Shown piece after piece: positions 21,331-33,260 of a DNA stretch of 64,000 nt. Below the pieces are notes generated by a model. The model made no database searches and was not told the DNA's origin. It saw nothing but the letters and a program-made list of their open reading frames with translations. The stretch is from positions 4,251,368-4,315,367 of the forward strand of contig NC_069006.1 in assembly GCF_001194135.2 (NCBI RefSeq), read 5' to 3'. Position numbers and translations under genes: made by a program. Position 1 is the first letter of the stretch, and each line of letters opens with the position of its first letter. Source of the stretch: Octopus bimaculoides. Its lineage: Eukaryota.

Positions 21331-22949
21331 GTAGGGATGCTGTCAGTAAGGTGAGGGTTGGCAATGAGTATAGTGAAGAATTCCACCAACGATCAGTCCT
21401 CAGCCCCCTCTTATTCATCATAGTCCTCCAGGATAGGATGCCTCTGGGAGCTCCTCTATGCTGATGACCTTGCTCTAATAGCTAAGTCACTTTGAGAACT
21501 AAAGAAGTTTCAGGTGTGGAAGCAAGGTCTAGAATTGAAGGGCCTTAGAGTTAACCTAGCAAAAACCAAAGTCTTAGTAAGTAGGAAGGTAGATGGCTCT
21601 GCTCGATTTGTAGAAAAGGCATAGGTAGAAATTCCACAAGATGTACCCGGTGTAAGCTATGGACACATAAGAGGTGCAGCAATATCAAAGGAAGGCTAAC
21701 TGGGACGATAGTTTTTGCGTGTGGCAAATGCTCAGGAGCAATAAACACTGAAAATGTGCAGAAAACAGTTTCCGTCACATGCTGGGGGAAAAAACTAGAA
21801 GTAGTTGATAGTTTCTGTTACCTAGGTGACCAAGTCAGTAGCAAGGATGGATGCTCTGAGAGCATAGCTGCTAGAATAAGAATAGCCTGGGCAAAGTTCA
21901 GAGAGCTCCTACCTCTGCTGGTAACAAAGGTCCTCTCACTCAGAGTGAAAGGTAGACTGTATGATGCCTGTGTGTGAACAGCCATGCTACATGGCAGTGA
22001 AACATGAGCTATGACTACTGAGAACGTGTAAGCTTGCAAGGAACGAAGCTAGTATGCTCTGCTGGATGTGTAATGTCAGTGTGCATACACGACAGAGTGT
22101 AAGCGCTCTGAGAGAAAAGTTGGACATCAGAAGTTCAGATGTGTGCAAAAGAGACGACTGTGCTGGTATGGTCATGTGATGCATACAGATGAAGACAACT
22201 GTGTGAAAAAGTGTCACACCCTAGCAGTTGAGGGAACCTGTGGAAGAGGTAGACCCAGGAAGACTTGGGATGAGGTGGTGAAGCACAACCTTTGAACATT
22301 GGGCCTCACAGAGGCACTGACAAGCTACCAAGACCTTTGGAGATATGTTGTGCTTGAGAAGACCTGGCAAGCCAAGTGAGACCATAACCGTGGCCTCTGC
22401 CAGTGCCGCATAACCAGCCCATTTAAGAGTACCCTTCAATCATTGGGCAATAAAACTGTTGAGAAGACCTGTTGAGTCAAGTGAAATCATTGTTGTGGCT
22501 GATGCCAGAACCATCAGACTGGGACCCGTTCTGGTGGCACGTAAAAAGTACCATTTGAGCGCGGTCGATGCCAGTCCTACTGGCACATAAAATGCACCAT
22601 ACGAACGTGGTCACTGCCAGTGCCACCTGACTGGTCCCGTGCTGGTGGTATTTAAAAAGTACCATTCGAGCGTGGTCATTGCCAGTTCCGCCTGACTGGC
22701 TCCTGTACCCGTGACATGTAAAAAGCACCATTTGAGCATGATCGATGCCAGTGCTGCCTGACTGGCTCTTGTGCCAGTGGCACATAAAAGCACCCACTAC
22801 ATTCTCAGAGTGGTTGGTGAGGAAGGCCATCCAGCTGCAGGAACCTTGCCAGATCAGATTGGAGCCTGGTGTAGCTTTCTGGCTTGCCAGTCCTGTCAAA
22901 CCATCCAACCCATGCTAGCATGGAAAGCGAACATTAAACAATGATGATG
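21331..22949 (+). mobile_element. 5'-truncated RTE-clade LINE (RT C-terminus, PHD-like finger, long 3' UTR, (GAT)n tail)
   Basis: Decayed frame with HQRSVLSPLLF, LYADDL, GLRVNLAKTK, FCYLGD, AWAKFRELLPLL, WYGHV; continuous into 3' UTR ending ATGATGATG. Confidence 0.88.
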
Positions 22950-23469
22950 TTTCCATGTCTAGAGTTACCTCTCTAAACCTTCAATATATTCACTATATTT
23001 GATTGCATAAACAATGCTCAGGCTTGTTGGATGCACTCCAATTTCAGCAATGCATACTTTGGAAAAAGTGCTTTTAGTACATTAAAACTCATGGGAGGCA
23101 CATCTTCGCATATAGGACCCAGGGCGAATTTTTGGAGACATTTTAGAGGGTAAAAAAGTGCATCTTATCTTCCACATTTGTTGGCATGTGGTAGGTCATA
23201 CAAGTTCCCATGAACGGCTAATCTTTAACTCCTCTGTAATGACCTGATGAACTGTAGTAAAAAGGAGGGGGGCAAACAACTGAACCCTAATCGACCCCCT
23301 ACTTCCACACTAAATTACTTACTGAACTCTTGCCTCACTGCTTGCATAACTTTAACAAGTCATTCATTTATCCTTAATTTACTTAGCAATCACCAGACAA
23401 CAAGGATCCTTGTCAAACGCCTTCTCCAGATCAATGAATGCTATTTAATAGTGGTTTACTCTTAGCAAA

Positions 23470-23861
23470 GTGGAGGCGCAATGGCCCAGTGGTTAGGGAA
23501 GAGGACTCGCGGTCATAGGATCGCAGTTTCGATTCCCAGACCGGGCGTTGTGAGTGTTTATTGAGTNNNNNNNNNNAACACCTAAAAGCTCCACGAGGCT
23601 CCGGCAGGGGATGGTGGCGAACCCTGCTGTACTCTTCCACCACAACTTTCTCTCACTCTTTCTTCCTGTTTCTGTTGTGCCTGTAATTCAAAGGGTCAGC
23701 CTTGTCACTCTGTGTCACGCTGAATATCCCCGAGAACTACGTTAAGGGTACACGTATCTGTGGAGTGCTCAGCCACTTGCACGTTAATTTCACGAGCAGG
23801 CTGTTCCGTTGATCGGATCAACTGGAACCCTCGACGTCGTAAGCGACGGAGTGCCAACAAC
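23470..23861 (+). mobile_element. SINE family A copy with TSD
   Basis: Near-identical to 11011-11388; TSD ACTCTTAGCAAA at 23458-23469 and 23860-23871. Confidence 0.88.
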
Positions 23862-24439
23862 TCTTAGCAAAGAACTTGTCTCGTTAACATAGTGTCCTTG
23901 AATAAGATACTTCATTCCACTTGGCTGAAATTGAATTGTGTCTGCTACAAAAAAAGCAACATGTAGGATATTGGCCCTCAAATCTTGTGAAATCCTGATG
24001 TCATCAGCTCTTAATGGCTATGGCACATTTGGTGAGACAGAGATATAAGACAACCTAGAGGATGAAGATATGGAAATTGAAATGTCCTTCTGTTAAACTT
24101 AAGTTCAGAGGTTTTAGATGATATGTATGTCAAACAAGGAAGAGATAGAGACAAACTTATAACAGAAGGCATCTGGAAATGCCTACAAGACAGAAAAAAA
24201 TACCTACTCCAATACTCCACCTACCCCAGAAATGTTCATACCTGTATTCCCTGTTCTCGGAGAATGTGGTTTTTGTACCACCCCCACTTCTATCTAACCC
24301 CTTGTGCACAATAACTCCTGCATTTCTACAGCCTTTCCACATTTACTTTTCATCATGCCAATGATGATGCTGGCAGCCCTGAAGTTTTGTACCTGGCAGG
24401 AAGAGGGAGGTTTTCAGTGGTGTCAGGATCATTACTTGA

Positions 24440-24760
24440 TGTCTCCCTCATCTTGCTACGATGAGTTTGTCAGTCGTACTAAATTCCAATTTCGTCCAAG
24501 CTAATTCTCTTCCTCGTCAGTTGTACTATAACTATGTTGCTTTCATAACTTCTTAGTCTGTGAATTTGATATCTCCGTAGTTCTTTCTAGAGCTAATCTT
24601 TATCCATGATAATATTGCTGTGTCAGTCACTGGGTGCGATATCTCTCTCCAATACCTGATTGACTCTGTGGGTAACTAATGCAATCCCCCACTTCACCAC
24701 ATATTGTGAGCATCACCCAACAACCATCCCTCGTGAATTGGCTGCTTCTCTTACCTTCAT
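24440..24760 (-). mobile_element. Highly decayed LINE APE-endonuclease-like fragment
   Basis: Minus strand shows remnants resembling GVGIAL and IVIVQ...DEEE segments; many lesions. Confidence 0.35.
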
Positions 24761-24834
24761 ATCACCACACCCATTTCTGTCCTCATTCTTGATCACTCTC
24801 TCTCTCTCTCTCACTGTGATCAGGTAACCACGTG

Positions 24835-26059
24835 TTGGGTCATCCCATAAATAATACAGTGTTTTCGATTGCATGAACTAAAAGTCAGAGGAGAATGGGA
24901 TAAACTACCTGCATCAACTTGCTATAAAAGCAAGTAGTAGTTTTACCTTGTACTTATTCTTAGTGCAAGTTTTGAAGAGTGCAGTTCGATTTTAACAGTT
25001 ATTTTTTCAAAGCTGTAATGTAAATGACAAAGGAGCATATTCGAGGAATATTAATGCAGTATATGAAGATCAGACAATAAGCGTAAGCCAGTGTAAATGG
25101 TGATTCCAAAAATTCCGAGCCAGAAACTACAGCTTAGAAAATGAGCCTCGTCCTAGATCTGTAGAGCTCAACAAGGACATCCTAAAAACCCTGGTGGAAC
25201 AAAATCCCATCGTAAGTGTTGAGGAACTAGCAGAGAACCTTGGATTTGGTCATTCACCCATTCATCGACACCTGTGTGCCAGCGGAAAAGTCAGAAAATT
25301 GGGCCAATGGGTTCCTCACAGACTTTCCCGAGTCTAATCACGTGTAGAGAGTGAATGTGTGCTCTTCTTTGCTGTCACTTTCACAAATGCAACTTTTTTG
25401 AACTGAATAGTAGATGGGGACAGGAAATGGGTTCTCTATAAAAGTGTCAAGTGCCAAAGACAGTGGGTAGGGAAGGGAGAAACACCAGCACCCCAGGCTA
25501 AAGAAGGTTTTCACCCACATAAGGTATTGTTATCTGTTTGGTGGGATATGAAAGGTTTGGTTCACTTTGAACTTTTAAATCCAAACCAAATGATAACAAA
25601 GGAGATCTACTGTGAACGGCTTAAGTCAGCGCTAGAAGAAAAACAACCATCTTTGGTTTCAAGACGAAAGGTGTTCATCCATCAGGATAATGCTTGGCCA
25701 CATAGAGCGAGGATGAATTCCAAATACTGGAGCAGTTTGAATGGGGAACAATGACCCCCACCCACCATATTCGCTGGACATTGCTTCATCTGATTATCAT
25801 TTATTCCACAGTCTTCAGAATCGTGTGGACGGAAAAAATATAAGTTCTCTAGACAAGGTTAGAACAGTACTGGAGGAGTATTTTTTGTCACAGACAAGTG
25901 AATTATGGAAGAGGGGCCTTGCAAGTCTACCAGATAGAAGGAAGAGCATTGTAGAAAATGAAGGAGAGTATATTTTAGATTAAAAAAGAACTTTGTTTAT
26001 TTTAATTTTGAAAAATAAGAAAATATTTTTAAAAAAACATTATTTATGGGATGACCCAA
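24835..26059 (+). mobile_element. Decayed mariner (D,D34D-type) DNA transposon
   Basis: TIR TTGGGTCATCCCATAAATAAT at 24835 and its complement ending 26059; TA at 26060-26061; remnants GDRKW, LSVWWD, HQDNAWPH, HPPYSLDIASSDYHLF, W..G...L..R; stops and frameshifts. Confidence 0.9.
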
Positions 26060-29000
26060 TACCTCCTATACAGCAAGGGACCCTGTTTCTGCCTCTCTGT
26101 CACACTCTAACCTTTCATCATCTGACACAAGATCTCCTCTTCCAATGCCTTCTCCCCCTCTCAAAGATTCCTTGTCTTGCAAATTACTTGGTGACGCCGC
26201 TAGTACTGGTGCTTTGTAAAAAGCATCCAGTCCACACTGTAAAGTGGTTGGCATCTGGAAAGGCATCCATCTGTAAAAACCATGCCAAAACTGACTTCAC
26301 ATGTGCTTGTACCACATGAAAAGCACTCTGCTGGGTGGTTGGCATTAGGAAGGGCATCCAGCTGTAAAAACTGGGCCAAAGCAGACACGGACATCTGGTG
26401 CAATCCCCTTCCTGACCAGCTCCTGTCAAACTGTCCAACCGATGCCAGCATGGGAAGCAGATGTTAAATGATGACAACAATGATGAAGCCTTTTGATACC
26501 AACTCACTGAGATCACCCCTTGTTTCTATGACACAAAACTTCCTATTTTAAAGTGATCTAAATTAAAACCTTCCTTCAAAATTTCACGTTAATTTATAAT
26601 CCAAACAACAGCTTGATGACACTTCATCATCATCATCATCATCCAGCGTGTTTTTCCTGCTGACTGATTGGATTGTTGGTATTTTGATGTAACCACAGAT
26701 CTGGTCTGAGGTTGACAGCTGCTTATCTCACACAAATTCCCTGTTCTTTCTTATAGCTCTCTCTCTCTCTCTGTCCTCCTCCTTGTCATTTACTTTGGAA
26801 ATACACTGCATTTCTTTCAAGTATTTTTGTAAAATAATGAAGAAATTAGTAAAATGGCTTTATCATTATTAAGTTGGTGCCTGCAACATAAATTAGCATG
26901 AAATTTTGTTGGAAGGTTTTAATTCACCAGCAATATACCTGATGCCCCCACCTACATTTCTTCTTCCTTTTCTTTTTATTTTAAAGACTTATTCACCATT
27001 CATTTCCTGTAAATTATCCTATGTCCTGTTCAATGCAGTTTAGTTAGTTTTTCTGATGAGTGGTAGCACACCTAAGCACTATATACAATAAGTTTGTTAC
27101 TATAATTTAGATCACTTTAAGATAAGAAGTTTACATCATAGAACCAGAGGTCATTTCAGGCAGGTTAATATCAAAGAAGTTTAGCTGACCAATAAACAAA
27201 TAATTGAACACTTGCATGGAGAGGAATCTGCCTACGAGCTTATAGATACTGTTTCTGATCCCAAACTGGAAACTACTACCATTAAGTGCCTTAACAGACT
27301 GGAACTATTCTGGTCTGCCACATCAGACCGAAGAAAGGATTATCAATTATTCATTATTATTATTTAATGTCTGCTTTTCATGCTGGCATGGGTTGCACAG
27401 TTTAACAGGAGCTGCACCAAGTTCCATTGTCTGTTTTGGCACAGTTTCTACAGCAGGATGCCCTTCCTAATGCCAACAAATTTAGTGTGTGCTGGGTGAT
27501 TTTAATGTGGCACCAATGTCCCCAAAATTCCATGTTTGTGTAACAGCACGTGATTGGTGGTCAAACAATTAATGTCACATTTGATAGAAAACAGATAGGG
27601 CTGTGACATGTTTATCACAAAACTTTGAATCATTCCCAAATAATTCGCCCAATTTAATTTCAAGTACATACAAGTAACAGCTATTTATCTCCCTTGTTTC
27701 ATGAGATCTACGTTATGCAGTTATACTCAACTAATGCCCATTCCATCCATCCATCCATCAATTTTCTCTGTCCATTACTCATGGGAGTCGAGTCCTCAAG
27801 CATCTCCCCTATAGGGTCCTATTAGACGAAGCCATTATTACACTTTCCTGCTGGATTCCCAAGTGTGACTAATTGAAACTATGGATATTATTCAACAATT
27901 TCATTTTCAGTCTATCCCTGTGTCCACTGCTGGTTGGTTTGGCTTGAAGAATCTGTCTAGCAATCCTTTTCTGCAAAATTCTAAACACATGTCCTTTGTA
28001 TTTGAGTTGTGACTTATCAATGCAGAGAAGTAGCATCTCAACCTGCAGGGACTCTCTGCTTCACACATCCATAACATTCTATATTAATGTCGCCAATTTT
28101 TAAACCTCCGAACTGTTAGATAGCAAGAGTTGAATGTCCTTACGAGTTTTTGCTCATTTTTGGATGTTCAGTTGTGATTTTTATTATGTTTGTTCTTCCT
28201 ACGAAAAACTGTTGACTACCATCTGGTGCTTTTCTTCTGCGTTCAGCTGGATTTATGTTGTAATTAAATAATACCTTTAAAGAACCTAGCTTCCTAATAA
28301 AATACTCTTTTCTACTCTAGGCACAAAGCCCAAGATTTTTGGGGAGGGGGCCAGTCGATTAGATCGACCCCAGTATGCAACTGGTACTTAATTGATCGAC
28401 CCCCCCAAAAGGCAAAGTCGACCTCAGCAGAATTTGAACTCAGAACATAAAGACAGACGAAATACCGCTGAGCATTTCACTCGGCATGCTAACATTTATG
28501 CCAACTCACTGCCTTTCCCTAATGGAATACCGTGATAACTAATACAGCCATTATCATCATCACATATGCTTTTCCATGTCTGCATGGGTTAGGTGAGTAC
28601 CCTCCAACACAATATCCTAACATTTGTTGTATTCCTTTGTCATTTCTTTTACGAGGTTCAATATTTTGCGATCAGCCTTCACGACTTCTCCCAATCTTTG
28701 GTTTTCCTTTTCCACCAGATCCTTCCGCAAGAATCTCTTGGCAATTCTTCACCCATCTTCCATACACATTTTATGTCCATAGCAACAGGACCGTTGCTCT
28801 TCTACGATCGATTTCTCTCAACTCCTCATCATAATGGTCACAAAGATAAAATATTAAAAAACGTTCACATTTACAATTAAAATTACTAATTTCATTCATC
28901 ATTTGAAATATATACAGTATGGAAATATTTCTGAATGTATTTTCGATAACCAGTTTTATCTCTGCTGCTTATCGACACTGAATGTTCTGCTTGTCCAGTT

Positions 29001-29062
29001 TTCATTTTAAAGACAACGTATAGTTTGGAAATGGCATGAGGACGTAATTATTATCATTATTA

Positions 29063-29093
<31 letters not shown>

Positions 29094-29357
29094 TGAGAAT
29101 ATGTGATGTTCATTATGTTTCAGAAAGCATAAGTGATTGTAAATGAAGCAATCCTAACTAATTAATGAGTTGCTTCAATGAAAAAGATGATAATAATAAT
29201 AAAAATAACAACAACAATAATAATAATATTAATATAACCCTATTTCTTAAGATCTAAGGTTTGAATGTCACAAATATAATACAGTTTGTGAATGCAAAGA
29301 ATGCCGCTAAAAGCCTTGATGAAAACATGTAAGACTAAACGGCTGACATAAATACGT

Positions 29358-29389
<32 letters not shown>

Positions 29390-32300
29390 AAATCTGTCCT
29401 GAAATCCTTTGATAAATACCTTGATGTTTACCATGCCATGAAGTTGGCAGTGTTTGATTTGAAGACGATTCTTTTTGACAACAGCCATTTCTTTCTACAG
29501 CAAGGTACACCGACAGATCCTAACCCGACATCTTGGTTAATAAGCTTTTGCTCAACGATTGGAGCAAAGGCAGTCGCAACCAAGCACATCACACACACAC
29601 ACAGAAGTTTATTTAGAGGGGTGGGGGTGAAGAAGAGGGAATGAAATTTCCTTTACATACTGAATGATTTTTTTTTTTCCCTTTTCGTCATGAAACAAAG
29701 AAATATGATGGAATTACTAAATGCATAAAGTCTTTTGCTTCAGCTTCCAGCAAATGAATGACTACGTGTACATAAGTGTGTGTGTGTGTACATATATAAG
29801 GTGCAGGTGTAGCTGTGTGGTTGAGAAGTTTGACTCCCAACTGCATGGTTCTGAGTTCAGTCCCACTGCATGGCACCTTAGGCGTCTTTTACTACAGCAT
29901 CATGCCAACTGAAGCCTCGTGAGTGGATTTCTAAAAAGAACGTTTTGCATTTCTTTTTACATCTGTTTTTTCCATGCAGGCATGGGTTGGAGGAATATAT
30001 TACTGAGACATTTTGTTTGACAGCCAAATGTCGCTTCTGTCACTAATACCTTTACCCGTTTCACAAATTATGAGATCTCTTAATCCACATATGTTCCAAG
30101 ATACTCAGCCAGTGGACAATTGTTGAAACAGGGAAGGACAACATCGTCATTTGTAGCTTTCAGATTGCAAATATAAACACACACACAAGGTGGACAACTG
30201 ACTAAAGTTGTCTGTCAGAATGATTGCTTTGTAATAATCATTCTGGCTCTCTGTGCTCAGAGTACAAATCCTGCCATGGTCAACTTTGCCTTTCATTCTT
30301 TCGGGGTCAGTAAAGTACCAGTCATGCACTGCGGTCTATTCTTCACTTTCATTCACTCTTTCGTTCTCTCTTCCACAAGAAATCAAATGTGATCAGACCT
30401 AGAGAGGTTTGGACTCCACCAGGTCTGAAAATGCCCATGCATGGGCGTATGTGTATGTGTGTGTATACGATACATACATGCACAAACAAGATGTGCCTTC
30501 AGTTTCTGCCTTGCGAATCCACTCAGAAGGCTTTGATCAGTCAGGAGCTACAGAAGACACTTGGCTCAGGTGTCAAGTAATGGATCTAAACCATGGGGTT
30601 ACAAAACGAACTTCTTAACCACACAACCACACCTGTGTGTGCCCCCCACCCCACCCACATACACACACCACTTTCACACAAACATCACAGATATATATAC
30701 ATTTTAATGGTAGGGATGATTTAGATCCAGGCTCTCACCTCCATAGTACTCCATCCAAGTACTTGGCTCAAGGAGTGCTTAAAGAAGAGTACGAACAGTA
30801 CGCCTCATTAATCAACCAATTGTTAATTAATTAAATAATAATACTTATGCACCCTGCAAATCCAAAGACTGTATAACAAGGTATTGGACCTTCATTGCAG
30901 AGTAAATAACAATAATAATAATAATAAATGAATAAGGAATGAAGATGATGTTCTGTTTCGGTAACGATTGTTTCCATGAAAATGATTACTTAGTGATTGC
31001 TTAGATGTTACATATTTATTATGTGTTTCAGTCATCACACTGTGGCCATGCTGGGGCACTGCCTTGAAGAATTTTTAGTCGAAGGAATTGTTTCGATCCA
31101 GTTATTTCTTTTTAAAGCCTAGTATTTATTGTATCGATCGCTTTTGCTGAACTGTTAAGTTACAGGGGATGTAGACAAACCAACACTGGTTGTCAAATGT
31201 TGGTGGGGGACAAACACAGACACAAAGACATACACACACATATAGATACATATTCAATGGGCTTCTTTCAGTTTTCGTCTGTCAAATTCACTGACAAGGC
31301 TTTGGTTGACCCGAGGCAGTAGTAGAAGATACTTGTCCAAGGAGCCAGGCAGTAGGACTGAACCTGGAACCGTGTGGTTGGGAAACAAACTTCTTACTAC
31401 ACAGCCACGCCTGCGCCTATATACAGAGGTTATTATTTCATGTCACATAATAATAATAATCCTTTCTACAAAAGACAAGGCCTGAAATTTCGGGGAAGGG
31501 ACTAGTCATTTACATCAACCCCCAGTGTTTCACTGGTACCTAATTTATCGACCCCGAAAAGATGAAAGGCAAAGTCAACCTCGGCAGAATTTGAACTCAG
31601 AATGTAAAGACTGGTGAAATACCGCTAAGCATTTTGCCTGGCCTGGTAATGATTCTACCAGCTCACCACCATTGTCACATAATGATACTAATAAAAATTA
31701 AAATAAAATATCCATTTTATTTCGTCAGGTGTTGTGTAGAATCATTAGGTTACAATCCATTCGTGGGAGATGTCATCCCAACAAGAGAAAGTAACACGAG
31801 ATAGAGAGACACACACACACACACAGATGAAGGTCTAACCAGGTTGACTGACTGGGGGATGGTTTAATTCAACATTTATAAGGTTCCAACTAATCTGAGA
31901 CACTTATAAAGGACATTGAAAGTGAAATAATCGAGTCTGTCACTGTAGTATTTATGATGTTTGAGTGAGTAGAGAAAAAAAACATCTAGAAGACAGCGAT
32001 AGCTTATAGGGACTTCGAATTAAGACAAAGCAGTAAATTTTGTATCTATGAGGGTTTCTAGTCACTCATTAATACTTATAGATCCACCACCACGAGATAA
32101 CATTAAAAGTAATTAGGTGCAAAAACACATCCAAGAAACATACCATATATATATATATATACATATATATACATACACACAAATTGACTGAGTAATGAGG
32201 CATACTGTTAGTACACACACAAGATCCCTCAGTTGAGTGGGGGGTTCCTGTCTTGCATGTTATTTGGCAATCTCATTATTACTGGTGCCTCAAAAAAAAA

Positions 32301-33033
32301 AAAAGAAAAAGCATTTGGTACATCTGTAAAGTGGTTGGTATCAGGAAGAGCATCCAGCTGTAGAAACCATGTTAAAGCAGACAGTGGAGCCAGGCACAGC
32401 CTTCGCTCAACGGTTCATGTTGAACTGTCCAACTCCTGCCGGCATGGAAAAAGGGACATTAAAAGATGATGATGTCTGTATCTATACATAGCATACGCAC
32501 ACACACTCACACTCGATTCTTTCAGACACCGATCAGTTGGAACAAATATTGAATTAAAACATTTCTCCAGTCAGTCAATATGTCGGATACACCTCCATCT
32601 CTTTCGCATGTTGTTGGAATGGCATCTGTCATAGATTGATTGTCACCCAAACGTTCTACAGGGCATCTGACAAAATGAAATGAATATTCGGTTTTATCAG
32701 GCATTATTACATAAGAATCTCTATCTATGTAATGCATAAGTATACAATAATAACCGTTCTCATGGAAACGATCGTCACATACTATAACATTGTCTTCATT
32801 CCTTATAGATATATATATTTAATGTATTTATGTACACACTCACACACATACTATCACCATACGCAATATAACTTTTTTTTTATTATTATTTCTTCACCAG
32901 ACACATATCATATATACACCGACACACATCTCTATGCACAAGATACTCACACTGCAACTTGTGTGATGTTTACAAGTTTACAGTTGCATGTATTGATGAT
33001 CTACAATGTTAAAAGTCATGGAGAGTTGTTGCA

Positions 33034-33260
33034 TTATGAGTTGAAAACGTATTTGTGAAGGTCCTGGACTGATAGGTCCAATGAGAAGTCCAACGGTTTT
33101 ACTTCAATAGCATTTGTATGATCACGAATGCGATTCCAATCCTGTAAAATCCGACTGTAGTGTAACATATTCTCTCTGTCCCCCTGGCTTTGGTACAGGC
33201 GTAAGAGGCCTTTGTAGTCATATTCAAGTCCACTGTATCCAGCACCAAACAGTTTTTTAC
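33034..33260 (-). CDS. APPBP2: APPBP2 terminal coding exon (GKKLFGAGYSGLEYDYKGLLRLY...HKYVFNS*)
   Basis: cttgcag acceptor; TAA at plus-strand 33034-33036. Confidence 0.95.

Noticed and set aside
22520-22790. Regularly spaced ~66-bp repeats that superficially resemble a CRISPR array
   Set aside because: Units are contiguous degenerate tandem repeats without unique spacers, inside a eukaryotic LINE 3' UTR; no cas genes
32522-32737. 71-aa minus ORF downstream of APPBP2
   Set aside because: No recognisable similarity; lies in the probable APPBP2 3' UTR
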